From a virus (Duplodnaviria; Caudoviricetes), in the IMG/VR virus record IMGVR_UViG_3300017785_002618, positions 1-43,159 of that record: 43,159 bases of DNA; one strand, written 5' to 3'. The translations under genes and the position numbers were made by a program. The notes beneath the pieces were generated by a model that was given only the letters and a program-made list of their open reading frames with translations, was not told where the DNA came from and searched no databases. Shown one piece after another: positions 9,150-19,835 of this stretch; position 1 is the first letter of the stretch, and each line of letters begins with the position of its first letter.

Positions 9150-10555
9150 TATTCATTTCCCGTAATAGCGGAGCCGATTAAAGAATGGTTTTTAAGGCTT
9201 TCCCCTATATTTTTCGTAAGACCGACAGAATCAGTTGCATTTGAGGTGATATTCATATTTTGAATGGATACCTCGGATGTGTTGTTAATTGTTCTCATTA
9301 CAGACTGTGCGTTTAAACTAGAACCCGTCATATCGTTACCATAATACTGAGATAGATACTTTTGTGTTTCTAATGGTAGTCCGTTTTTTCCATATTTTTC
9401 ATAGTTGCCTGACCCCCAGTTATACGCAATCAAAGATTTAGTAACATCGCCCTTATATTGTTTTAATAAATCAGAAAGCATCATGGCGGCTGCGTTTGAA
9501 GATTTACCTAAATCAAATGTGTCCTCTCTGCTTAATCCGTATGCTTTAGCCGTATCAGGAATAAATTGAAAGTGTCCAGTAGCTCCTTTATCAGATACCA
9601 TCTTTTGACCACGATTAGATTCAATTTTCCAAAGTTTATCTAACATTCCTTCAGGAAGATTGTATTTTTTTTCTAAATCATTAAATCTGTTTGATGCAGA
9701 ATTTTCTGATTTATTTGTTTTTTTATTTTTTTCAATAAAAAATTCGGCAACAGATTCACCAATATTAACAGCCCATTCACCTCTTGATGATTGGTTATAC
9801 ATCCATGATTTTGTGTTTTCAGATACTTTATTTTTAAATAATAACCATTTATCATTGGCTTTTTTGGCAATATCGGCTTGTTTATCAGAATTTTTATACA
9901 GTTCTTTATAGTATTTGAATTGTTCTTCTAGCTTTTCAACTGGAGTTTCAGTAAGCGCTAAATAATCTGCCTCACTTAATCCAATGCTTTTTTAATGATC
10001 CAACATTTCAGCCTGAGTAAATCTTCCCGATTTCTTAACCTCTTGCAATGCTTTAGCAAGCTCTAATAGATCAACTGTTGTGTTGTTAATGTCGAACGCC
10101 TTAATCGCCCCTAAAGCGGCTATTGGCGCAAAAATACCTGCTTCGCCTCGTTTTACTTTTGCAAGGCTAGACTGCAAACCTTTCATGGTTTCGGTAAAAC
10201 TCTCAACACTACCGCCTGAATGCTCAAAAACTGCCCCCCAAGCCTTTGTATCTTGGGCAGACATGGACATTAGCTTAGATGATCTTTCCACCTCAACATT
10301 GGCATTATGGGTTTCTAATGCAAACTTTTTAATGGCATTTACTGCATTAAAAGCTAGAAAGTATCTAAAAACGGCTTGGGTAGCGGCTTCAAATCCTTTC
10401 GCCACATCTCCAACATTTTTATTGGTATTTTTTAGGCTTTTATTTTGTTGGGTCTCTAATTTTTTAAGAGATTCTAATAGCTTTTTTTGTTCTTTATTAA
10501 ATTTAGTCGCATCAATGCCTAATTCAATAAATAAAGAATCAATAATATTTGCCAT
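9149..10555 (-). CDS. Tape measure protein with C-terminal lytic transglycosylase (SLT) domain, interrupted by one in-frame TAA at 9992-9994
   Basis: MANIIDSLFIELGID N-terminus; the same frame stays open after the TAA and joins ORF 9149-9802, which has IES...GATGHFQF.P.TA...AYNWG...ETQKY SLT motifs. Confidence 0.82.
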
Positions 10556-10557
10556 TT

Positions 10558-10776
10558 TTAACTCACACTAGCGTTATGTTTATCAATAGCATTGATCTCT
10601 AGCAAAATCCACAAATCTTCACTTCCATAGACAGTATCAAGTTCGTGCAATGTTGCTAGTTTAGAAGAAACCACAGTCGCTACCGCTTGCGAGGAGGCTT
10701 GATACTGAATGAATTTTCTTGTGGATGGGTGTTGCTTTCTAATTCCGAAGTCGAGCCGTTTTCTCCTAAAAAAAAA
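10558..10776 (-). CDS. Tail assembly chaperone frameshift extension (gpT-like, -1 frame)
   Basis: -1 frame is open from the T9 run (10768-10776) to TAA at 10558-10560, encoding ...SKLATLHELDTVYGSEDLWILLEI... Confidence 0.75.
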   Translation of the reverse strand, partial: FFFRRKRLDFGIRKQHPSTRKFIQYQASSQAVATVVSSKLATLHELDTVYGSEDLWILLEINAIDKHNASVS

Positions 10777-11144
10777 TCAACATGAAGATTCCATATCGCT
10801 TTTCTAATTGCTAGGCGTGTAGAAACTTCCTCAATATCATCTTCAATAAGATATCTTTTTATGCTAGGTGACGGAATAAACTGAACGCAACTCATCATTT
10901 CATTCAAAAGAGGCTCTGCCATCTCATACGGAATTTTTAACAAATTCATATAGCCAACTGCTAAAAGACCTGACATTCCGTGCGAAGCTAGATCGTCGGG
11001 TATATCAACTCCAGCATTACCAACTGCGAGAATTGCTTTAATAGCCCAACTTTCTGCCTTTGAAGCTGGCATTTCTGTTATAAAGAATTGCTTTCCTTTA
11101 TCCCTGCCCGTTTCTGCCGTAAATGTCAGCTCTTTCCTAGCCAT
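10680..11144 (-). CDS. Tail assembly chaperone (gpG-like)
   Basis: GRDKGKQFFITEM and DIEEVSTRL...LHVDFF motifs; lies between tube and tape measure; contains T9 slippery run. Confidence 0.82.
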   Translation of the reverse strand: MARKELTFTAETGRDKGKQFFITEMPASKAESWAIKAILAVGNAGVDIPDDLASHGMSGLLAVGYMNLLKIPYEMAEPLLNEMMSCVQFIPSPSIKRYLIEDDIEEVSTRLAIRKAIWNLHVDFFLGENGSTSELESNTHPQENSFSIKPPRKR

Positions 11145-11157
11145 CTATTTTCCTTTA

Positions 11158-11589
11158 TTAGACTGCACCGCCAATGATTCTCTGCCAAGTGATCTCATAT
11201 ACCAATGGCTCCAATGTTCTCTTGGATGCAGGGAACGGGGTAGCCGATGTTAAAAATCCTCTTTGCAAAGTATAAAGCATATTTGTTGCTGGCAAAGCAA
11301 TAGATCCACTTGCTACAAACACCTCACGAGCCGCATCTTCTGCATTTCGCCAAGCGTCAAATAATTGTGCGCTTGGACTGTCAGCTTGGATATGAATAGT
11401 CATCTTGTAAGGACTGAATACTTTACCGCCACTTAAAATCCCGTCCACTCCCATTAGGACTTCAGAAGTCTGCACCGCCTCTGATTCAAAAGCATCATCT
11501 ACTGCATACCCTTGAATTGTTTGTGGAACGGGAAAATAGTCATTGATTGCCAATGTTAGTACTGAGTTTACTGAGGTAATAGTTGCCAT
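11158..11589 (-). CDS. Tail tube protein (DUF3277-like)
   Basis: MGVDG.LSGG and QADSPS motifs; follows sheath. Confidence 0.85.
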   Translation of the reverse strand: MATITSVNSVLTLAINDYFPVPQTIQGYAVDDAFESEAVQTSEVLMGVDGILSGGKVFSPYKMTIHIQADSPSAQLFDAWRNAEDAAREVFVASGSIALPATNMLYTLQRGFLTSATPFPASKRTLEPLVYEITWQRIIGGAV

Positions 11590-11601
11590 GTTTTCTTTTC
11601 C

Positions 11602-13092
11602 TTATTGGATTGCGATACTTGCCATAGTGATCTGTTGTACGGCTTCCCCGTCTTGATAATAAAGCGTGATTGGGGGGCTTTGTCTTAATGCGCGAGTTTG
11701 TGCTGTTGCCTCTCCAATTTGCAGATAGAATCCTTGGGATTCAATCGTAGGCGAAGCATTAAATCCTAGTGTGTACTGAATTTCTGAAGTTTGCGCCTCA
11801 GATAATCGAATACCAGTACGAATTGCGCCAAAATTCAAAGCCGAATTGATTGGGTCAAGCGCAGCAGAATAAATTAAACCGTTTCCTTGAGCATTGTAAG
11901 GAATAGCAGTTACTGATGTCAGGAGCTTAACCATAGCCAATTGAATATTAGCGTTAAGCCAAATCTGATTTAAATAAGTGTCAGCCCATAGCCATTTTCC
12001 TGATACGGAGCCTGGAGAAAACCAATTATCGTTGTTGGCTGGATTATTAGATCCATAAGCGCCATAACAGTTGTATCCGTTACTCTTCACCGCATTAAAT
12101 TCAGTCGCATTGTTAATTGTTGGCACAAGACCTGACTGCGATTTCCCAAATAAAGTAGATCGACCATTTAGCTTGTCAAAGTTTAAAGAGGCTGCAAAAC
12201 CACAAACAAAAGCAGAATGGGTCTTATTGCCATAAATAGCTAATGAACCAATCAGTTGATTTTCTTGTAAATAATTGCCAAAGGTTACTGTGCTGTTTGC
12301 AGTCAAAACATTTATATCTGAATCATGGCATACATATAACCATCTAGGTTGCTCTGCATCACTCCAATTTGCAAATGCTTTCTTTTCTGCCAAGTCAGAT
12401 TCCCAAACTGTCATAAAAGTAGCCCAGTTTTGATTGCTTGTGATTAGGCTATCCATAAAGTCTGCTGGGACTGTGGCATCTGCGCCTTGTGATGTTACTG
12501 CGCCAGTTGTTTGTGTAAGTTTTAATGCGGTAGATAAAGTATCTACACCAGCAAAAGTGATGGTTTGAGTTGCCCCAGTTGAATCAGTAGTAAATACAAA
12601 AGACTTGAAATTGGAATCATAAGTTACTACAAAGCTAGTAGCCACAAAAGCGGACTGAATTACAGTAGCGGCATTGCTAAATGAAGTCACGCCCGAAAAA
12701 TCAATAGCCCCTGAAGTCTCTAAAGTGCCAGCTACTGTGATAGCTAAATTACCTGATAGGGTTTGTAGATCACCAAGTGTCAATGCCTTTAAAGACCCGC
12801 TACGCAAAAAGCCAGCAATATCAGCTTGTGGAAATCTTGAAAACAATAAACTTCCGGGAACCTGAGTGCCTCCGTTAAATCCCTTAAAGTAAACGCTGGC
12901 GATAGATGCCTCATCAGAAGATGAGCCAAAATAATTCTTAACATCGGACGCAGTCGAAAAGTTTAAAACTGAGCCATAAGGCGCAGATTCATTTTTAGTC
13001 AATACTAGACCGTTAAGATCGACTGCTTTGCCCCCTGCGGATAAAACGGAAGGAACAATCCTTACGACTTCTGAAAATGGGATGGTATTCAT
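11602..13092 (-). CDS. Tail sheath protein (DUF3383-like)
   Basis: 496 aa; YFGSSSDEA, QNWATF, GYNCYG, WLWADTY and IPYN..G motifs. Confidence 0.9.
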   Translation of the reverse strand: MNTIPFSEVVRIVPSVLSAGGKAVDLNGLVLTKNESAPYGSVLNFSTASDVKNYFGSSSDEASIASVYFKGFNGGTQVPGSLLFSRFPQADIAGFLRSGSLKALTLGDLQTLSGNLAITVAGTLETSGAIDFSGVTSFSNAATVIQSAFVATSFVVTYDSNFKSFVFTTDSTGATQTITFAGVDTLSTALKLTQTTGAVTSQGADATVPADFMDSLITSNQNWATFMTVWESDLAEKKAFANWSDAEQPRWLYVCHDSDINVLTANSTVTFGNYLQENQLIGSLAIYGNKTHSAFVCGFAASLNFDKLNGRSTLFGKSQSGLVPTINNATEFNAVKSNGYNCYGAYGSNNPANNDNWFSPGSVSGKWLWADTYLNQIWLNANIQLAMVKLLTSVTAIPYNAQGNGLIYSAALDPINSALNFGAIRTGIRLSEAQTSEIQYTLGFNASPTIESQGFYLQIGEATAQTRALRQSPPITLYYQDGEAVQQITMASIAIQ

Positions 13093-13103
13093 ATTTGCTC
13101 CTG

Positions 13104-13619
13104 TTATGGTGTGAACTGCTGATCTACTGGGATAATTCCTATGTCCACCTCAAGCATAGACTGATAAGTGGTGGTAAGAATTGGGTTGTACTGCATAATT
13201 GTTAATAGCTTCCATCTTTGCTCATATTGTGATTCACCAGCAATTAAAGGTATTTGCATTGGTGTATCAGCGTATAAAGGCTGAATGTTTTTTGGGAACA
13301 TTTCAGTAGCATATTCATCTCTAAATAATGACATGGCCATAAAAGCCCATTCTTGAGCAACTGCCCCATAAAAATCTAATTGTAACGAGTATTTAGTTGG
13401 AGTTAATACTGTTTTTCCTTGATTATTAGATTGGTATTTATCGACGTTATATGATAGTCTCTCCATGCCCGTATTATTCATGGCAACAAATCCACCTTTA
13501 GGCATAGAAACTCTATTGTCTTGTGCCTGTATCACTTGTGTATTAGCAGGTAAAAAGCTAATCAAAAATGAGCGCATAGCTGTAAATACTGACTGATCGT
13601 TAATATCTAAAGTAACCAT
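13104..13619 (-). CDS. Tail terminator/neck protein
   Basis: QDNRV.MP, QLDFYG and QYEQRW motifs; ATG at 13619 is coupled to the upstream stop. Confidence 0.78.
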   Translation of the reverse strand: MVTLDINDQSVFTAMRSFLISFLPANTQVIQAQDNRVSMPKGGFVAMNNTGMERLSYNVDKYQSNNQGKTVLTPTKYSLQLDFYGAVAQEWAFMAMSLFRDEYATEMFPKNIQPLYADTPMQIPLIAGESQYEQRWKLLTIMQYNPILTTTYQSMLEVDIGIIPVDQQFTP

Positions 13620-14002
13620 TAGTCTGCCTGCAAGGTAACGACTACATGACACCAATCAGGCCAAGTCTCTACTACTTGAGTAATTAGCCACTTTTTATTG
13701 CATCCGCATGGCGTCTCAGGGAATATCAAAATATCTCCCCCAATCTGATTTGCCCTAACTACTCCTACTGCATTGCCATACATATAAACAGATCGCATGA
13801 CGCTATTAATATTTAATCCATCAATATGCTTTAAATCAGATGCGCTTAACGCTTGTATTTGAGCCTCAACTGTTAGAGTAATGGTTTTAGGAGTGCGCTT
13901 TCCCGCCTCATTGATAACGCTTCCATTGGATTGCACCCATTGAATAGTAGTATTAGGGTTGGTAATCTGCGTTAATTTATTGGCAAGCAATCGAAGGTTC
14001 AT
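13619..14002 (-). CDS. Head closure / head-tail joining protein
   Basis: QIQALS..DL and E.WPDWC motifs; gene order. Confidence 0.78.
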   Translation of the reverse strand: MNLRLLANKLTQITNPNTTIQWVQSNGSVINEAGKRTPKTITLTVEAQIQALSASDLKHIDGLNINSVMRSVYMYGNAVGVVRANQIGGDILIFPETPCGCNKKWLITQVVETWPDWCHVVVTLQAD

Positions 14003-14478
14003 TGTTTGCCCTTTACAAATTCATCACCAGCTTTAGCCACCTTGCTCGTAACAGAGGAGTGCATATAACCAGTATCTATTAATGGCTTTTCTGAGCCTTT
14101 TCTTTGAATGGTAATCGGAGATAACTTAGGGCTTGTAATGGATTCTATTTTTTCTTGAATATCAGTGTGGGCAACTATCCCCACCAACTCCAAAACATCA
14201 TCTACTGACTTATTCCCCATGATTACATCAGCAATATCATCTTCGATCAACTTTACCCAATCACGCTTTTTCTCTGCAATCGTGGGATAAAAGAATGGTC
14301 TAGGGGGGATATTGGCTTCAGGTGCGCCATATTCATGGATTGTGGCTACATAAGCAACAGAAGTGCCATCGGGATATTCTTCCCCTTTTGGAAATCCTAT
14401 CTGAGCTACTTTTCCCGAGAACTCTTTTTGCACTCGATTAAGTTTAGATTCAAGATTGCTTAAATCAAATTTTCTCAA
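13999..14478 (-). CDS. Neck / tail completion protein (HK97 gp10-like)
   Basis: A.IHEYG, IPPRPF and KPLIDTG motifs. Confidence 0.82.
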   Translation of the reverse strand: MRKFDLSNLESKLNRVQKEFSGKVAQIGFPKGEEYPDGTSVAYVATIHEYGAPEANIPPRPFFYPTIAEKKRDWVKLIEDDIADVIMGNKSVDDVLELVGIVAHTDIQEKIESITSPKLSPITIQRKGSEKPLIDTGYMHSSVTSKVAKAGDEFVKGKQ

Positions 14479-14915
14479 AATGAACCGCCTACCTTTCTAA
14501 AGGCAAATGATTCAGGTCTACCGCCAACATATAGCCCTACATTGGCTACCGCATGAAGTAAAGCCCTTAATTGCATTCCATAGGGGGTAGTAGATAGCCA
14601 CCAGCCAAAAGCAGACTTAACTGGAGGGGGTGTCATTGATACGCTTACAGAGCCTTCCGTAGCGGATTGAACTACGCCAGTTGGAGCGCCTTTATTGATT
14701 AAGCTAAAAGATGCCGCTAAGTGAGCACACATTAAATCAGAAGCTAACTGTAATTGTGCTGGCTTCCAAGGGTAATTATTGTCAATATTGATATAAGAAG
14801 TACCCATGACCCACCATGCTTCCAGTTGTTCGGCAGGAAACATAGTCGAATTTTCAAATTGAGAAAATTGATTACGAAACGCTTGCTCTTGGAAAAATGG
14901 TGGATTATGGGACAT
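14475..14915 (-). CDS. Head-tail adaptor (DUF4054-like)
   Basis: AHL, G.V.SATEGSVSVS and W...T.YG motifs. Confidence 0.85.
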   Translation of the reverse strand: MSHNPPFFQEQAFRNQFSQFENSTMFPAEQLEAWWVMGTSYINIDNNYPWKPAQLQLASDLMCAHLAASFSLINKGAPTGVVQSATEGSVSVSMTPPPVKSAFGWWLSTTPYGMQLRALLHAVANVGLYVGGRPESFAFRKVGGSF

Positions 14916-14920
14916 TTTAC

Positions 14921-15310
14921 TTAGTTGGTTTTTGGTGCTTCTTCTTCAGACTTGTAATCTGCCTCGGTCAGTGGTGCTGATTCATCTTTTAGATTCATAT
15001 CAGATGCCACTTTTTCGGTTTCGTCTTTTTTGGGACGAACCACGATAAAGCCATTTTTTTCATGGTCTAAGAATGATGGATTCTTACGCAACTCTTGAAG
15101 ATCTAATTCGCTTACTTCGGTTGCTACACCCAATGGCGTAATCAATCGCTCATTTGCCACGCCCGTACCGCCTTTAATTACGACTGTATGGCCTTTAACA
15201 GGAATATCACCACCGCCTTTTACCCAGCTTGTGTATGATTGATCGTTTGTTAAAGTGCTAAATACATAAGCCCCATTGATGATTGCTTGAGTTGATTTTG
15301 TTCTAGCCAT
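14921..15310 (-). CDS. Conserved phage protein downstream of capsid gene
   Basis: 129-aa ORF with RBS; VFSTL, V.IKGG.GVA and TP.GV.T motifs. Confidence 0.75.
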   Translation of the reverse strand: MARTKSTQAIINGAYVFSTLTNDQSYTSWVKGGGDIPVKGHTVVIKGGTGVANERLITPLGVATEVSELDLQELRKNPSFLDHEKNGFIVVRPKKDETEKVASDMNLKDESAPLTEADYKSEEEAPKTN

Positions 15311-15332
15311 AATCTTTCCTTTAATATTTTAA

Positions 15333-15356
15333 ATAGGCGGAATTTCTCCCGCCTAT
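15333..15356 (-). terminator. Hairpin / weak terminator after the major capsid gene
   Basis: ATAGGCGG...CCGCCTAT 8-bp stem followed by a short T tract on the minus strand. Confidence 0.6.
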
Positions 15357-15372
15357 CTATATTACATCACGC

Positions 15373-16470
15373 TTAAATATGCGTAAAGCGAACTACTGCA
15401 TAAGGGCGCTTGCACATTACACCAGCCGTAGCGTTGGTGTAGTCTTCCTCGTACGCTTTAGCCATTTTCTCAACGCCAAGGGCTTGGAACTTAGCTGGAA
15501 CTACTTGGACGAAAGTGCGGGAATCGTCAGATGCGCCGTCTTCCACTTTTTCTGCGTACAGATAGAACACATTTTGACCTCCGTTTGCAATGTTCAACTG
15601 AGGCGCAGAAATTACACGCAATTTAGGATAAGTCTTGTTTAGCCAATCACGAACAGAAATACCAAAGTCAGAAGTTACTGACAAATATTGGTATGAATTG
15701 GTAGGTAACGCCAATGTCATCTCTGTGTCTTCAGGGTTGATTACATCCTGAGATTGCGTTTGCAACTGAGCAGCGGCAGTACGAATATCAGCAGTAATCT
15801 CCAAAAAGGTCTTAGCACTCCACAATGTAGATCCACCTGCACCCGCAACAACGCCCACATAAGCTGGCAATGCTGGATCATTTAAGAATCCGTATGTCAG
15901 ATTGTTTCCACCGTTAAAACCATAAAATCCAACTAAATTACGCTGAATTTCTAGAGCATTAGCGGCGGCAGATCGTTTCTCAGCAGAAGTGCTAACACGA
16001 ATACGGGCTGCACGAGCTTCTTCAAGCATTCCCACGCGAATACCTTTTTCAAAACGCACGATAGTACGGCGTACGAAGTTAGTATTCCATGAGGACAAAG
16101 GAACATTGGTGTAGTCGCCATAAGGTACTGCATTGCCAATAGGCTCTAACATACCTTGTACGACTTCTTCATCTTCCCATGATCCACTAACAGTAATGCC
16201 TGTCAGTTCGTCGATCTTACGGGCGGCTGTAATTGTTTTAACAAAGCCCGGGAGCCAGTTTTGCAAAAACTGAACAGGAGTAGTAATAGATGGAGCAGTT
16301 ACATCAGATTGTGCATCCATTGCGAAATTTGCCATCGCTTTAATGGTTTTATCGCCAAAGCTAATACCCAGTTCGCCCAATGCCGCATAATCGCGAACAT
16401 CATCAGCAGTCATTGTAATTTTTTCAACTTGGCGAGCTGAAATATGACTTTTTTCAATAGATTTACTCAT
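15373..16470 (-). CDS. Major capsid protein (DUF2184-like)
   Basis: 365 aa; FLQNWLPG, YGD, YGFLNDP and T.GV...RPYA motifs. Confidence 0.92.
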   Translation of the reverse strand: MSKSIEKSHISARQVEKITMTADDVRDYAALGELGISFGDKTIKAMANFAMDAQSDVTAPSITTPVQFLQNWLPGFVKTITAARKIDELTGITVSGSWEDEEVVQGMLEPIGNAVPYGDYTNVPLSSWNTNFVRRTIVRFEKGIRVGMLEEARAARIRVSTSAEKRSAAANALEIQRNLVGFYGFNGGNNLTYGFLNDPALPAYVGVVAGAGGSTLWSAKTFLEITADIRTAAAQLQTQSQDVINPEDTEMTLALPTNSYQYLSVTSDFGISVRDWLNKTYPKLRVISAPQLNIANGGQNVFYLYAEKVEDGASDDSRTFVQVVPAKFQALGVEKMAKAYEEDYTNATAGVMCKRPYAVVRFTHI

Positions 16471-16479
16471 AATTTATCC

Positions 16480-16986
16480 TTAGTTGGTAAGACGGATAGC
16501 GGCTAAACCAGCGCCTGTTGTTGGGTAATTCCAAACTACTGCATTTGGAACCAATGCAAATCCTGATGCCGGGGAAGCGCCTGGAGCAATAGCAGACAAT
16601 TCACCATTAGATTGTTTGTAAACAACTAGATCACCTACTTTTGCGGAGCCAGTTAAATTCACAACAATAGTACCCATAGTCAAGAACTCGCCTTGTTGAT
16701 TGGCTTTGAGAGTCATTGTTGGGTCTAATGGGGCGCTGCTACCAAATGATGCGTAAGATTTTGGATTAACCAAAATACCAGCAAACACGATAGAACCATT
16801 AGCAATGGTGCCGCCTTGTGTAGCTACATTGGTTGTGTTTGACTTGGTAAAAGCATAGGCAATAGTGCCGCCATTGCTGTCAAGCGTTAAAGAATCCACT
16901 CGTTGCGGACCATCTACAATAAGCTCGCCCGGAATGCCGAAGCCTTGCTCAATATTTACTGTTGATTGAAAAATAGCAGCAGTCAT
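16480..16986 (-). CDS. Capsid decoration/cement protein
   Basis: FQSTVN...GIPGE and FAGILVNPK motifs; directly upstream of the capsid gene. Confidence 0.8.
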   Translation of the reverse strand: MTAAIFQSTVNIEQGFGIPGELIVDGPQRVDSLTLDSNGGTIAYAFTKSNTTNVATQGGTIANGSIVFAGILVNPKSYASFGSSAPLDPTMTLKANQQGEFLTMGTIVVNLTGSAKVGDLVVYKQSNGELSAIAPGASPASGFALVPNAVVWNYPTTGAGLAAIRLTN

Positions 16987-16987
16987 A

Positions 16988-18553
16988 TTATTTTCCTTCT
17001 AAGAATCGTTTAACAAAATTACCACTTGCTTTTTGAGCAGAGGAATCCATGGCCACCTGAGATGGTGCGCCCTTTCCCTTCAAAAATGCCTTAATAGAGC
17101 TAATGCGAGCATCTTTTGGGGCATCTAATCCAAGTTTCTTACAGCCGTATTGCGCCATTGAATCAAGGCTCATTTCAGCGTGATCGAATGCACCGATATG
17201 AGCAGACAGATCAGCATACAACTGAGTTTTTTGAGACATATTTTTTTCTACCATGCGGGCAATTTCTGAAGCGTCCATTGCAGAAGATTCTTTTTCTTCT
17301 TCTTTTTCTTCTTCTGAATTGTCCTTAACTTCTTTATCGTCGTAAGGTTTCATATCATCATCTTCAACAACTTCAGGCTCTGAGCTTGCTTCATAACTTT
17401 TGCCTGTCAATTCTTGGATTTTTGCCAATTTAGGCATTACTTCTTCTAGGAATTTATGAACTTCCTCTAAGGTCATCTCGGGCTTTTCAGCCACAACTTC
17501 TTGATTTTCTTCAGCCATCTTTAAAAGCTCCTTGTTATCTACTGTGAAATTGAAATGATCTAATACCGCTACATCAGAACCCATGCGACCTTTTTCCACA
17601 AGGGCTAGATGATTGCCTCGAATATCTCGTTGCACATAATCATATTTTTGCCCATTATATACTCCGGGTGAATATTCATATTTACATCGGTATCCGCAGG
17701 ACAATTCTTTTTTTCCATTGGCAATTAAATTACTCATTGCTTCAGAAAATACCTTAATGTTTCCTTTTAGGGTATCCCCATCAAAATAAACATCCTCACC
17801 AATTACCCCCTGAACTCCTTTTGATTCTGCTGGGGTTAATCCATTGTCTTCATTGCCTAGCATTACATGATCGTCAATCCAAGGCAAAAGATTAAATGAG
17901 CTAATACATTCTTCGCTTCCCAATTCTTCTGCTGATCGCAATACATAATATATTTTGTCAGGATCACATTCGGGAGATATTGATTTACCCGAATACGGAA
18001 ATACACCAACTTTAGACAATGGGTTATCTTTAATTTCAAACCATCCATTTGTATCGTATTCACGCTTATCCATTCCCGATTGTTCTTTTACGGGAAAAAT
18101 TGGGCTAGGGGCATTATCTAATGATGCCCATACAAAAGAATCATGTTCATGGTTTAGTTTGGGGATAAACTCACCGTCAGCACATAAGTAAATACAGAGT
18201 TTTTCTTCTTCATATATTAACTGTAATCCTGTTTTTGGCGTATGTCCAATTTCCTCAATAGATTCTCGAATAGCGCCTTGCATAGCGGATTCGCCAATCT
18301 CTACATGACCACCCGTAAAACTCCAAGAATGATCGTCTGACCTACGCATCCATAAGACTTTATCACCAGCAACATACATAATAAAAGCCACTAAATCAGT
18401 ATTGCCTTTTTCTGAATCTATCCCGCTGTCTTTTCTAGCGTTGGAATATGCGGCTGCAATAGCTTGATTAGGCTCATGTCCAGCCTTAATCATCTCCGCA
18501 ATGTTAGATTGAATAATGGCTTTAGATGAACCTTCTAATAATGGCATTAGCAC
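16988..18553 (-). CDS. Prohead protease/scaffold (DUF2213-like) with N-terminal Nudix domain
   Basis: Nudix box [22 protein letters not shown]; ELSCGYRC and [12 protein letters not shown] protease motifs; acidic scaffold tail. Confidence 0.85.
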   Translation of the reverse strand: MLMPLLEGSSKAIIQSNIAEMIKAGHEPNQAIAAAYSNARKDSGIDSEKGNTDLVAFIMYVAGDKVLWMRRSDDHSWSFTGGHVEIGESAMQGAIRESIEEIGHTPKTGLQLIYEEEKLCIYLCADGEFIPKLNHEHDSFVWASLDNAPSPIFPVKEQSGMDKREYDTNGWFEIKDNPLSKVGVFPYSGKSISPECDPDKIYYVLRSAEELGSEECISSFNLLPWIDDHVMLGNEDNGLTPAESKGVQGVIGEDVYFDGDTLKGNIKVFSEAMSNLIANGKKELSCGYRCKYEYSPGVYNGQKYDYVQRDIRGNHLALVEKGRMGSDVAVLDHFNFTVDNKELLKMAEENQEVVAEKPEMTLEEVHKFLEEVMPKLAKIQELTGKSYEASSEPEVVEDDDMKPYDDKEVKDNSEEEKEEEKESSAMDASEIARMVEKNMSQKTQLYADLSAHIGAFDHAEMSLDSMAQYGCKKLGLDAPKDARISSIKAFLKGKGAPSQVAMDSSAQKASGNFVKRFLEGK

Positions 18554-18948
18554 TCCCTCCCTGTTTGTGAGGGGATATTGGTTACATTTAACAATACAGT
18601 AGCTTCTTTAATATTGCTTTCATTAGTAACAAAAACCGCTCTAATCGTGTATAGCTGGTTAGTTTGCGATGCTTGAATTATTCCACCCTTAATTTGCAAA
18701 GAGATAACCGACCCAGCCTTAGCCTGATGCCCATCTGAAAAATTAACTGGATTGGGGTTAATTGCTTCCCCCAAAAATATCAATCCCGCTTGATCTGAAT
18801 CAATAGATGATATTGAGGCAATAATTTCAGAATCATTTAAGATATTGGTGCAATCAATATCAAACCATATCTCCTCTGTTGTTCTTTTTTCTAAAATATA
18901 AGTATTCATTTTGCGTTTTAAAACTATATTCTCTTTTATAAATCCCAA
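18547..18948 (-). CDS. Virion appendage/fibre adaptor-like protein
   Basis: Beta-rich ORF with K...E...FDID motif; start may be the internal Met (MNTYILEK). Confidence 0.55.
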   Translation of the reverse strand: MGFIKENIVLKRKMNTYILEKRTTEEIWFDIDCTNILNDSEIIASISSIDSDQAGLIFLGEAINPNPVNFSDGHQAKAGSVISLQIKGGIIQASQTNQLYTIRAVFVTNESNIKEATVLLNVTNIPSQTGREC

Positions 18949-19835
18949 TGAAATTTTCTAGGAGAAATATGCCATACTTTATCAGATAGTTGGAATATTG
19001 GGAAAGAGTAATAAGAATCTAAAATCTCATCGTACTCAATAACCATAACAATAAAATTAGTGGCGGCATTAACTTCGTCGCTTGCTTGCAATTCTTCGTT
19101 AATTAAAAGCAAGTATTGATCGTTTCCTTTTATAGTATCTTGAATATTACTAGATTCATTGATGTCTAAATATGCAGTTGTTTGCTCAGAGACAAAATCT
19201 TGAGCAATGGCTTTTTCAAATATATTAAAAGCATTTATTTCGGTTGCGTGTAACGAATCATTTAAATTAGCGTTTTCAGATACCAAAGAAAATACCAATT
19301 CGATCAGCGACTGGTTATCCGATAAATTAGAGTTTTCCGTAATGCTTGGATATAACACTAATATCTTGTTATAGCCATCTTGAGGGCTTATAAATTCATT
19401 GGAATATAAATTAAATAACAATGTCTTAAAGACATAATCTTGAATATTTGCCGTTTCATTTACTACTAGATTTGCTAATTTATTTGACGTTACGCTATCG
19501 GTCATGCCCGCAGATTCATTTACTACGGCTTGTAAAATGCTTGACTGATTAAAGCTATCTAATATTTGTTGTAATTCAGATACAAATAAATATTTAATAT
19601 TTTTTGGAGTATAGCTATCTTGTAAATTGGATGATTCCAATACTTTAAAATTGACTATCTCTGAATTGCTTATTAAATCGCTTGGATTTGATGATTCTTC
19701 TAAATTAGCAATTAAAAAGCTAGTTTGACTAAAATTATCAATAGCATTTGCTGATTCGCTTACGGATAATTGCCATATTTTTCCCCCGTTTAATGTTGAA
19801 AACGGAGCAGATGAAAATGGCGAAAATCCGAACAT
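18936..19835 (-). CDS. Virion structural protein with degenerate E..N..D repeats
   Basis: MFGFSPFSSAPFS start; recurring VSESANAID / VNETANIQD-like units. Confidence 0.6.
   Translation of the reverse strand: MFGFSPFSSAPFSTLNGGKIWQLSVSESANAIDNFSQTSFLIANLEESSNPSDLISNSEIVNFKVLESSNLQDSYTPKNIKYLFVSELQQILDSFNQSSILQAVVNESAGMTDSVTSNKLANLVVNETANIQDYVFKTLLFNLYSNEFISPQDGYNKILVLYPSITENSNLSDNQSLIELVFSLVSENANLNDSLHATEINAFNIFEKAIAQDFVSEQTTAYLDINESSNIQDTIKGNDQYLLLINEELQASDEVNAATNFIVMVIEYDEILDSYYSFPIFQLSDKVWHISPRKFHWDL

Noticed and set aside
9992-9994. Genome-wide stop codon reassignment
   Set aside because: TAA, TAG and TGA all end ordinary genes and only one gene is interrupted
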